This document shows, piece after piece, positions 44,956 to 53,545 of a DNA stretch of 64,000 nt; position 1 is the first letter of the stretch; every line of letters starts with the position of its first letter. Below the pieces are notes generated by a model, which saw only the letters and a list, made by a program, of their open reading frames with translations, searched no databases and was not told where the DNA came from. This DNA is from Minisyncoccota bacterium (GTDB lineage Bacteria; Patescibacteriota; Minisyncoccia; Phycocordibacterales; UBA9973). The position numbers were made by a program, and so were the translations under genes. Where the stretch lies: contig JBAZSF010000002.1 in NCBI GenBank assembly GCA_041662525.1, positions 3,121 to 67,120 of the forward strand, read 5' to 3'.

Positions 44956-45972
44956 TTAAAGTGTTTTAACGTATTTTATTCTTCCTGCATATGAACTTAC
45001 GGGTCTTACTGCGACTCCTCCTTGACCTTGTGCATCTATCATCTTACCATCGCCTATATACATCATCACATGGCCAGCCTTCCCTCCTTGTGGAGTCCAC
45101 CCAATTAAATCACCAGCCTTTAATGGCACACCATTTACTTTCGTTCCATCAGAACTGACACTTGTGGCAACAGTACTTCCTGAACCAAATATTCCAGTAG
45201 AAGTTCCTCCAGGATTTGATAATCCTGCACAGACATATACCTGACTTACATAAGAAGAACAATCTATCATTGCCTTGCCTCCCTTAACAGTATTTCTGTC
45301 TTGTTGACTATAGCTGGAATTTCCTACATAGGATTTAGCAATCCCAGAAAGAGCATTTGGTCCACCATCCCTAGGACAAATAATACCAACATTAGTTAAA
45401 TCATTTTTTATTGTTGCGGTATTTAGTTCTCTTGTACCTTCACCGCCTAACTCTACTGTAATCGTCACATCTTTCAAACTTGATAAACTAGAATCGAGCA
45501 ATTTAGGATTTATTGTATAAAGCAATGTCCAAGCACCGAGGGCTAAGATAAGACCAAAAATTGCATTTACAATCTTGCCTTTGCCGTCGCCTTTTTCCCC
45601 AGGAAGTTCGCTCGTCATATATTGAATACCACCCATGAAGATCATGACTACTGCCAAGACAGCACAGATACCAATGAAAATCTTGATCATTAAATTTAAA
45701 TACGCACTCAAATTATTTTCTTGTGTAGGGTCAAAAGTAGTCAGTGTTTCACCGTCAGGGTTGGGTAGTGGGGCTAAAAGATTGTAATTAGTTGTTGGTG
45801 TTGCTGATAAACTATTACATTGTGAGGCATCTCCTCCGTTATTTACAGCATCAATCACACATTGGTCATAAGCACTAATTGCTTCACTAAAATATATAGG
45901 AGCTAAAAAACCAAATAATATAAAAGCGAGATATGTTAAGGTTATTATTTTTTTAAATATATTTTTTTTCAT
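44956..45972 (-). CDS. Membrane-anchored NlpC/P60-family peptidoglycan hydrolase (TcpG/PrgK-like position)
   Basis: Two TM segments, C-terminal 'DCSSYVSQVY' (catalytic Cys) and 'GHVMMYIGDGKMIDA' (His). Confidence 0.65.
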   Translation of the reverse strand: MKKNIFKKIITLTYLAFILFGFLAPIYFSEAISAYDQCVIDAVNNGGDASQCNSLSATPTTNYNLLAPLPNPDGETLTTFDPTQENNLSAYLNLMIKIFIGICAVLAVVMIFMGGIQYMTSELPGEKGDGKGKIVNAIFGLILALGAWTLLYTINPKLLDSSLSSLKDVTITVELGGEGTRELNTATIKNDLTNVGIICPRDGGPNALSGIAKSYVGNSSYSQQDRNTVKGGKAMIDCSSYVSQVYVCAGLSNPGGTSTGIFGSGSTVATSVSSDGTKVNGVPLKAGDLIGWTPQGGKAGHVMMYIGDGKMIDAQGQGGVAVRPVSSYAGRIKYVKTL

Positions 45973-45979
45973 TTTTTAC

Positions 45980-46966
45980 TTAAAAGCTTACATTGATTTC
46001 TTTGGTGGTACTTTCAAAAATTTTATCTATATTATTAATGTCCAATCTTATTTTAGATGTTCCAGAAATTCCAGCTTGTGCTTTGAGCGGTAGTGTATTT
46101 TTTCTATAGATAGGTGCATTGACCGTTTCATTATTTATAAACCAATCCCAGGTAAGAGTCGGAATCCTGATGTCTTTCGGTGAGATAAAATATGGTGCTG
46201 CTTCGATGACTTCTTCACCTAATATTTTATACCCATTGGTTAATGCTTGTTCCCAAATTGTTCCTAAATTAGCATCATTTTTATAAAATACAATTTTTGG
46301 TTTTGTTATTTTTATATCTATACTTTCTGTTGAAGAATATTTTTGATCAGTGGTTCTCGCTGTTACTTCAATATTATTTGAATTCTCAAGATAGTCATTT
46401 ATGTAAGTAAAAGAATTCTTTCCATAACCAGAACCATCTTGGTTGTTAGTATAATCTTTTTTCCACACATAAGTCATGTTTTTAGGATTTATAAAATTGG
46501 AACCAGACTTTACCTCTGGCAGAGCGACAACTTTTACTAAACTATCAGGCGAAGGTAGGGCTTTGCCTTTGTAAAATGGAGGCACATAAGAATCCAAGGC
46601 CTGTGTGAGTAATACCATAGCTAAGGGCTTTATTATTATCTTTGTATTTGTTGCGCCATCAGGTAGAGAGATAGTGGCGATGACAGTTGTTTCCCCTCCT
46701 GCATTTGGAGCGTTAAGAGAAAAAGATTTTTTACCGATTCCAGATGAAATATTTTTACCATTTATAGACCAAGAAATTAAAACAATGTCTAGGTTGTTAA
46801 CATAACTTTTTAAAGTAATATCTACGTTTTCAAGAGGAGCTGGATTTTCTGGGGATACATTAACTAAAATATCAATCGAGGTAGCCCCTACCTTTAAAGG
46901 TAAAAAAGTTCCTAATACCGTAATTGTTATAATAAAAAATGAGAATATTAACTTCCAAAATTTCAT
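45980..46966 (-). CDS. Hypothetical secreted protein (signal peptide, beta-rich)
   Basis: 'MKFWKLIFSFFIITITVLGTFLPLKVGA' signal peptide; no domain call. Confidence 0.5.
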   Translation of the reverse strand: MKFWKLIFSFFIITITVLGTFLPLKVGATSIDILVNVSPENPAPLENVDITLKSYVNNLDIVLISWSINGKNISSGIGKKSFSLNAPNAGGETTVIATISLPDGATNTKIIIKPLAMVLLTQALDSYVPPFYKGKALPSPDSLVKVVALPEVKSGSNFINPKNMTYVWKKDYTNNQDGSGYGKNSFTYINDYLENSNNIEVTARTTDQKYSSTESIDIKITKPKIVFYKNDANLGTIWEQALTNGYKILGEEVIEAAPYFISPKDIRIPTLTWDWFINNETVNAPIYRKNTLPLKAQAGISGTSKIRLDINNIDKIFESTTKEINVSF

Positions 46967-47036
46967 ATATTCTAATTATACTCGGTAGTGAAACTTTTAT
47001 CAAAGACAAAAGCTTTACTGTCGGGATATATCATAC

Positions 47037-48890
47037 CTACTTCCCTGCTATCTCTCGTGCTTCTTTTTCTTCTCTAGCTTTTTTGTTTAATAATATTTGT
47101 GAAGGGTCAGAGGTAATGATCTGATCTTCGGTATAAGAAGAAACTATCTTTATAGCCACATGTTTTAGTCCTGCGAAGAATATACCCTCTCCTAACCCAG
47201 ATTCCAAAAGTAAATATTTTTCCTCATCAGTGAGATTGAAGGTCTTTTGCAAAATATCAATCGTGGTTGGTGATTGTTTTAAAAGAAGCTGAATAGAGGA
47301 ATTGGTAATAATCGGTACACCATAGGGAGACTTCATAAAGTCAGCTGCGTCTTGGGTGATAGTAGAAAGACCCAAGTAATATTTTCTACCTCTTTTAGCA
47401 ATGGAATACAAGAATGATGCGGTATCTTCGGATTTCATCATCCACCAAGCTTCATCTACTACGAGCAAGCGTTTCTTTAAATTCTTGCGAATCGCATTCC
47501 AAATGTAATGCATTATGATATACATAGCTACTGGTTTTAATTCGTCTTCCATGTCACGGACAGAAAATACCACAAATTTTTTATTAATGTCTACATTGGA
47601 TGGTCTATTGAGAAAGGTTGCCCAAGAACCTCTGGTATATTTTGCTAGTCTAGCAATAACTGAATCACTTCCTTCCATTCCAGAGAGCACCATTTCAAAA
47701 TCTGAAAGAAGAGGAGGCTCTATATTTGAAAAATCCGATTCTGGGGTGATATCTTTTATGGCATAAGTTTCTGAAATAGCTCTATCCACCATTGAATCTT
47801 CTTCTGGAGTGAGTCCTCCTAACATCAGTCTGAAAAGTCCCACTAGATTAATAATATTTGAACGCAAGACATCTTCGGCTGTTTCATCTTCACGAGGTAT
47901 TGGTAAATCAAAAGGATTTAAATGGTGATCTGAAGAAAGAGAGATATTAAAATATCGTCCACCGACAGCTTCAGTCAAGAATTCATATTCTCTTTCTGGA
48001 TCTATCACGATAACATCTATATCAAACATCAAGGATCGTAGGATTTCTAATTTTGTGGCATAAGATTTTCCAGAACCTGATTTAGCAAAGGTTACAGAAT
48101 TGTAATTTTCCAAGGAAAATCGGTCGAAGATAACGAGGGACGAGTTATGTCTATTAATACCATAGAGTATTCCTTTGTCGGAAGTAAGGTCAGAAGAAAT
48201 AAATGGGAAGACACTCGAAAGTGGCTCAGAGTTTAATTTTTGATGGATATTTAATAAGTCTGTTTCTATTGGAATAACACTTTTGAAACCTTCTTCTTGT
48301 TGGAAAAGCGCCGGCTTGATATATATAAGCTTTGATTCAAGCATCGATTTTATCTCATTTTCTATTTTAAATAACTCCATTTCGTTATCTGCATAAATCG
48401 TAATATAAATTCCCACATCAAACATTTTTTCTTGGGCTTGGATCAAATTATTACGAAGCCCTTCTAGGTCTTCGTAGGCAGTGTCCAGCATCGGATCACG
48501 TACCATTCCTTTTGATTCTCGGACATTTATTTGACTCTGAACCTCAGCCACTTTTTTCTGAAATTGTCGAAGCATCAGAGAAGTATCTATAGGGTGAACG
48601 AATATTGAAATATCAAAAATTTTATCCAAATTAATTATAGGAGAAAACCAATTGTCTGTTAAAAATCTCGGATAAGATATTATAAAAAAAGTACGGGCTA
48701 TTTTATTGCCTAAATTTATGGATTTTGGATCAATCTTTAAAGCTGATGGAGCAATTACGTCTTGGAGCTCTAAATTTGCAGATTCATAAATCTTTTCTGG
48801 TAAGACAGCCAAAACAGAAGCTCGCATTTCTCCAGCCCCAGTTTCTTTTTTTCCTCCTAATAATTTTTTTATGTTTTCTAAAATACTCAT
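47037..48890 (-). CDS. virB4: VirB4/TraC/TrbE-family conjugation (type IV secretion) ATPase, C-terminal ATPase portion
   Basis: Walker A 'AKSGSGKSY', 'LLVVDEAWWMM' (Walker B), 'GLSTITQDAADF'; AAA_10/DUF87 architecture. Confidence 0.85.
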   Translation of the reverse strand: MSILENIKKLLGGKKETGAGEMRASVLAVLPEKIYESANLELQDVIAPSALKIDPKSINLGNKIARTFFIISYPRFLTDNWFSPIINLDKIFDISIFVHPIDTSLMLRQFQKKVAEVQSQINVRESKGMVRDPMLDTAYEDLEGLRNNLIQAQEKMFDVGIYITIYADNEMELFKIENEIKSMLESKLIYIKPALFQQEEGFKSVIPIETDLLNIHQKLNSEPLSSVFPFISSDLTSDKGILYGINRHNSSLVIFDRFSLENYNSVTFAKSGSGKSYATKLEILRSLMFDIDVIVIDPEREYEFLTEAVGGRYFNISLSSDHHLNPFDLPIPREDETAEDVLRSNIINLVGLFRLMLGGLTPEEDSMVDRAISETYAIKDITPESDFSNIEPPLLSDFEMVLSGMEGSDSVIARLAKYTRGSWATFLNRPSNVDINKKFVVFSVRDMEDELKPVAMYIIMHYIWNAIRKNLKKRLLVVDEAWWMMKSEDTASFLYSIAKRGRKYYLGLSTITQDAADFMKSPYGVPIITNSSIQLLLKQSPTTIDILQKTFNLTDEEKYLLLESGLGEGIFFAGLKHVAIKIVSSYTEDQIITSDPSQILLNKKAREEKEAREIAGK

Positions 48891-48897
48891 ATTAATT

Positions 48898-48975
48898 CAG
48901 GCTTTAGCTTTTAGGCTCTATAGGCTCTAGCTTTTGAATTTGCTAATGCCTAATGCCTAGTTGCCTAGCGCCTAC
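48898..48975. repeat. Palindromic heptamer-array element (…TAGGCTC arm / GCTAATGCCTAATGCCTAGTTGCCTAGCGCCTA arm)
   Basis: Same family as 38629-38697. Confidence 0.5.
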
Positions 48976-49610
48976 TCTATTTTTATTTTCCCTTCTATCT
49001 CTCCTGGATTGAAAACTTTATAAAATACTTCGACTACTTCTTCGGTGCCGAGCTGGGCTGAATTTATACCACAACGAGAAAGGCCTTGCTGAATGACAGC
49101 TACCCTCTCTTCCAACTGGGACCTTTTTTCTTCGAAAGCTATTTGTTGGGCGGCTTTTATTTCTTCTTTATTTTTTCTTGAAAATATTCTATCTATTATT
49201 CCAGAATCTGATTTAAAGGTAGAGTTGGTGTAAGGCACTACTACAAAAAAGTTTTTGGTCATGATAGCCACGGAATCAGTAAAATTTTTAATAAATTCTA
49301 TATATTCTCTGGTTTGTAATTTTAAAAGGGGTTCATTTTGTACTTTAATTCTATTTTCTAAAAGTAGGAGATATGGCCTGATGTCTAGTCTTCTAGACTG
49401 TATTGATATTTGTACAGAAAAATCTAAAGTATTAAGAAAGTTTTGGAATTGCATTATGGTTGCTTGTTGTTCATCAGAAGACTTTAGAGATAGATTTACA
49501 GAATTAGCTAAAACAATAGCTCGTAATTCTTCGTTTTTTAACACGATTATTCCATCACGGACTTCCTTGATCGGGACAAACTCTTGAGTTGCTTTTGCAT
49601 TTAAGGCCAT
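48972..49610 (-). CDS. Probable N-terminal domain of a split VirB4 (CagE/TrbE/VirB N-domain-like)
   Basis: 'PIKEVRDGIIVLKNEELRAIVLANSVNLSLKSSDEQQATIMQFQNFLNTLDFSVQISIQSRRLD' resembles the start of VirB4/TraC proteins; directly upstream of the 617-aa ATPase part. Confidence 0.4.
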   Translation of the reverse strand: MALNAKATQEFVPIKEVRDGIIVLKNEELRAIVLANSVNLSLKSSDEQQATIMQFQNFLNTLDFSVQISIQSRRLDIRPYLLLLENRIKVQNEPLLKLQTREYIEFIKNFTDSVAIMTKNFFVVVPYTNSTFKSDSGIIDRIFSRKNKEEIKAAQQIAFEEKRSQLEERVAVIQQGLSRCGINSAQLGTEEVVEVFYKVFNPGEIEGKIKIE

Positions 49611-49614
49611 ATTT

Positions 49615-50058
49615 TTATTGTAAATTGTTTCCTTTTTGTTTACTTAAATCTAATACATCTAAACTCCAAGCTAGATCTCGCAATTTGCTTCCGTTTAATT
49701 CTAAATTATTTGAATGCATCATTTGAATTTTATTTTTCTTCCCGTCTGTATCAGCCATATTTGAAGTATTGCGGGCAGATACACTTTTTTTCCAAATATA
49801 AAGTTTATTTTGGGTAAAATATTTGAAACTAGATTCAATCATATTGATGAAAGGTTTGTTGTTTGGTTTGTAAAAAGTAAGAGCGAGTGAGAATCCGGCA
49901 ATAGCCAAAATTGGGATTAATCCTAAAATAAGACCTAGTAATTTATAAAGAATAAAACATAGACCTGCTCCACCTGCCAAGTAAACAAATTCCCTAAAAG
50001 TAAAAGGGCCAAATATTTTATCTTCAATGTCTAAAAATTGTGGAACTTTAAATTGCAT
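49615..50058 (-). CDS. PrgI/VirB3-like small membrane protein
   Basis: 'MQFKVPQFLDIEDKIFGPFTFREFVYLAGG' followed by two TM helices, the PrgI-family signature arrangement upstream of VirB4. Confidence 0.55.
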   Translation of the reverse strand: MQFKVPQFLDIEDKIFGPFTFREFVYLAGGAGLCFILYKLLGLILGLIPILAIAGFSLALTFYKPNNKPFINMIESSFKYFTQNKLYIWKKSVSARNTSNMADTDGKKNKIQMMHSNNLELNGSKLRDLAWSLDVLDLSKQKGNNLQ

Positions 50059-50209
50059 GGGGCAAGCAACGGCTTAATCTAATTATAACAACAAATGAGG
50101 AGCAAAAACAAATTTATTTGTTTATTGTCCGAATGCTGTTGTTATATGGTATTCCATATAATATAGATTTTTTCTAGCACCTAGTGTTTCTGATGTTTTT
50201 TGTTGGCAT

Positions 50210-50782
50210 TTATTCCGGAATTTCTCTGTATGGATCGATGGCTGGCTTGCTCACTATGATTTTTGGTGGAGTTGGAATGCTTGCTTTGGTAATATTTTCT
50301 ATAGAATGTTCAGTTTTTACTATTGGAACCTGAAAAGAACCAGATAGTTTTTGCGCCAAGATCGGAGGTGCTTTTTTTATTTCTTTTTTATTTTCATCTA
50401 TAATTTCAATCCCTGCAGAATTTAATATTTGCATATCACTTTCCCCTTCCGATGATTTTATCAAGCTTTCTTTTATTTTTACAAAAACTAGCTCATTCAT
50501 TTCTTTTACCAATTCATTTACTTCATCTCCAGAAAGATGCATTCTGTTTGCTAGTTCTTTTGGGTAATTTTCTGGACCAAGAAGCCCGCAAAGTAATAAT
50601 TCTGTTTCAGTCTCTAGGTCTCCTAATTGTTCAAAGGTATATCCTTTTGTTTTCCTCATTTCCAAGATAACTGCTTTGTAATCAACAGTGTTGATGGCGT
50701 TTCGGGTTTCTTTTGGCAATTCCGCTTTTGCTTTTTCAATTTTTATTTGTAATAAATCTGTTGTGTTTTCTATATTATCCAT
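50210..50782 (-). CDS. Hypothetical protein, paralog of adjacent 50802-51272 product
   Basis: Shared segment 'LL.GL..P…S..E…E.N..F..I.E.L' with neighbour. Confidence 0.45.
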   Translation of the reverse strand: MDNIENTTDLLQIKIEKAKAELPKETRNAINTVDYKAVILEMRKTKGYTFEQLGDLETETELLLCGLLGPENYPKELANRMHLSGDEVNELVKEMNELVFVKIKESLIKSSEGESDMQILNSAGIEIIDENKKEIKKAPPILAQKLSGSFQVPIVKTEHSIENITKASIPTPPKIIVSKPAIDPYREIPE

Positions 50783-50801
50783 ATATTTATTGTAGTATAT
50801 A

Positions 50802-51272
50802 TTATTTTTTTATAAAAAAGACTGGTAAGACTGTGTCTGGTGCTTCTTTATTGTTTACATTTTCTTTTTGTTCCAAGAAAGCAGAATAATCTCCACCAGA
50901 GAGAATAAAATTAAGATTTTGTTCAGCGGATGCATTTTTTACCTTATCGCTTGTTTTTATTTTTGCTAATATTTTTTCAGAAATTGGTGTAAATATTTTT
51001 TGATTTACTTCTTCCGCTATTTTTTCTGCTTCTGTCTTACTGGTGCCGATATTGTTCTCAATATTTTGCGCGAAGAAATTTGGATCTTCTAATCCCGCTA
51101 AAACAATCAGAATTTCTGCTTGAAAAAGATTTATTTCATCATCTAAGAGTAAATTTTTTTTACCAATTTCTTCCGCAATATTTTCCCAACCAAAAGTACT
51201 TATCACTTCTTGATTTTCTTTTGATAGCTTCGCTACTTCTTCTTTAATTGTTTGTTTTAATTTGTCAGTCAT
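50802..51272 (-). CDS. Hypothetical protein, paralog of adjacent 50210-50782 product
   Basis: See above; no TM, acidic. Confidence 0.45.
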   Translation of the reverse strand: MTDKLKQTIKEEVAKLSKENQEVISTFGWENIAEEIGKKNLLLDDEINLFQAEILIVLAGLEDPNFFAQNIENNIGTSKTEAEKIAEEVNQKIFTPISEKILAKIKTSDKVKNASAEQNLNFILSGGDYSAFLEQKENVNNKEAPDTVLPVFFIKK

Positions 51273-51278
51273 ATAACT

Positions 51279-53510
51279 TTATGTTTTTGTTCCACTGTCT
51301 AACTTAACCTCTGTCATTATTTTATGGGCAGCTTCTTTATTAAAACCACGATCATTTCCAAAGCTAAATTTTACTATTCTTTGAGCATAAGCCTGCCTCC
51401 TTCTTACATTTTCGGTTTTAATTGTTTGAATTTGTTCTTTCTGTAATTTTTCTAGAGCATCAATATTCTTTCCAGTTCCTTTCCTCTCGTAAGCTTTTCC
51501 AGCACTATCTAGAGTCATATAACTTTCTCCTTTCATGAAAGCAGTTTTGTCCTGTTTTGCATTTTTTAATGCATTTGTTTTTGTTTGTAATTCTAATTGT
51601 GTAATTGTTCCAGCTTTAAAGTCTCTTTCTGCGTCAACCGCTTCTTGCCTCTTCTTTTCAATTGTTTTATCAAGTGTGCTAATTTCTTGTGCATTTGTGC
51701 TCAACAAAGCCTGCAGATCCATTTCAGTTTTATTCAATGCTTGTTTTAATGATTCATCCTCTCTAACTTCAAGTCCTTTTGCTCTCTTTATATTTTTTTC
51801 TACTTTTTCTTTTCGTGTTTGTGCGATTCCGCCTTTTTGTGCTTCACCGAGGTTCATTCCTGTAGCCCCTGATAAGTTTTTGCCGGCAATTTTTACTCCC
51901 CGTACATCAAAACTACTCTTTTGGGCAAAAGCACCAACGCTTGTTAATCCACTAGCGACTTTGTTCATACCCAGCCTATTTCCCCATTCAGACTCTCCAA
52001 ATTTATTTGCTCTACTTGCTAATTTATTAGCAAGAGTTCCCCCACCTCCACCTAGAACACTTCGTCCAGCAATAGCTGTTGCTCCCAACCCTGCTCCCAG
52101 AGCTAATCCGCCTGCAATCTTTGCGCCTTTCATTACCATTTCACCTATCGCGCCAGAACCCTTTTTAGCATAGTCAGTTGCTTTTAGAAGAAGAACTAAA
52201 ATTAATAATGCAGGAAGAATAATTCCCAACAACGATTCTATCATTCGAGTGCTCGATGCTGTTTGAAGGCCTTTAAATATGTCTGCATGAATGAGCATAA
52301 ATATGAAATATAAAAAGAACATAAAAATCGGCGCCATAAAAGAAACTTTGATCAGGCGTGTAAACCAAGCATCCCATCCCAAAGAGTCAATTTTTTTAAA
52401 AGAAGGAACTACTGAAGACATAAAAGCAAAAGGAGAAAAAATAATTAAAACAAAAAATTCTATAAGTCGTCCTAAAAAGCTTAAACCAACTATAATAAGA
52501 CAGTAAGCAGCAAAAAGCATAAGTACTCCAGCGATAAGAAGCATACCAATTAATATTCCAGGTGCTACTTTGGCAGCTGGGGGTACAGGAACTCCGTTTA
52601 TTGGTTCTTGTTGCTTAGCATTATCTAAATATTCCTGACTTACTAATTTTGTAGGGTCAAAAGCGTTTACTAATCCCCCCGCAACATCTTTTTCTCTATT
52701 CCCCGTGCTTGTATACGGCCTGTCATTTCCTTGTGCATCTTTTGTGTTAACGCTTACTTTATTATAAAAAATCAACGCTAAAATATTAGAAGAATCAATA
52801 ATAACTTGAGTGAAAAACATAGAAAAGTTTATAAGTAGTGCCATTATTACGACACTTCCTATCATTTTTTTAACCTCAGACCCTCCCATTCCTAAAATAA
52901 CTTTAATAGCTATATAAAGCAATATGAGTATAAAGAAAATATTAGAAAGATCGCGCACTATCCCCCAAGCTTCTCTTACAAAAGGGTTGGAAAGAAATGA
53001 ACTATATAAAGTTATATTTACCAAGACATTAAAAAAATATGCGGATACATATAGCAACCAACTAGGAATAACATAAAAAATACCATAAAAAAGTTGGATA
53101 AAACATCCAGGCCAAAAAGTACCTGAAGCAAGAGGGTTAACAGAACATTTATTGTCAGTAATTTCTTTTTCAAAAGCTGATTGATTTGGATTAGGTGTTG
53201 CGGGTGCTGCCGGGTCTGCTGGTGTGTCGTCTATCGTCGGCTGTCCTGCTGTTATAACCCACTGATTGTTAAATGTATCCACACAAGGTGCATTAGTTGG
53301 CGGAGTAGTATCACAAGCTTCTTGAGGATCAGATGCAGAGGCATGCACCATCACCATCGGTCCAAAAATACCGATCAAGACAAAAAGCAAAAATCCCAAT
53401 ACTAAAATTTTACTTTTCTTGCCCCGTAGTGAGCTTTGCTCTACTACTGGAGTAGTATAAAATTTATTTTTTCCAGTAACAGAATTTTCTTTTGTTAAAT
53501 CTTTTGACAT
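51279..53510 (-). CDS. VirB6/TrbL-like polytopic membrane protein with Gly-rich and coiled-coil C-terminal extension
   Basis: N-terminal signal, Cys-rich extracellular 'CDTTPPTNAPC', ≥6 TM helices (e.g. 'IFFILILLYIAIKVILG', 'MLLIAGVLMLFAAYCLIIVGLSFL'), 'GGLALGAGLGATAIAG', then coiled coil. Confidence 0.5.
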   Translation of the reverse strand: MSKDLTKENSVTGKNKFYTTPVVEQSSLRGKKSKILVLGFLLFVLIGIFGPMVMVHASASDPQEACDTTPPTNAPCVDTFNNQWVITAGQPTIDDTPADPAAPATPNPNQSAFEKEITDNKCSVNPLASGTFWPGCFIQLFYGIFYVIPSWLLYVSAYFFNVLVNITLYSSFLSNPFVREAWGIVRDLSNIFFILILLYIAIKVILGMGGSEVKKMIGSVVIMALLINFSMFFTQVIIDSSNILALIFYNKVSVNTKDAQGNDRPYTSTGNREKDVAGGLVNAFDPTKLVSQEYLDNAKQQEPINGVPVPPAAKVAPGILIGMLLIAGVLMLFAAYCLIIVGLSFLGRLIEFFVLIIFSPFAFMSSVVPSFKKIDSLGWDAWFTRLIKVSFMAPIFMFFLYFIFMLIHADIFKGLQTASSTRMIESLLGIILPALLILVLLLKATDYAKKGSGAIGEMVMKGAKIAGGLALGAGLGATAIAGRSVLGGGGGTLANKLASRANKFGESEWGNRLGMNKVASGLTSVGAFAQKSSFDVRGVKIAGKNLSGATGMNLGEAQKGGIAQTRKEKVEKNIKRAKGLEVREDESLKQALNKTEMDLQALLSTNAQEISTLDKTIEKKRQEAVDAERDFKAGTITQLELQTKTNALKNAKQDKTAFMKGESYMTLDSAGKAYERKGTGKNIDALEKLQKEQIQTIKTENVRRRQAYAQRIVKFSFGNDRGFNKEAAHKIMTEVKLDSGTKT

Positions 53511-53545
53511 TTTTTATAAACTTATTTTGGTATTTATATTTTCTT

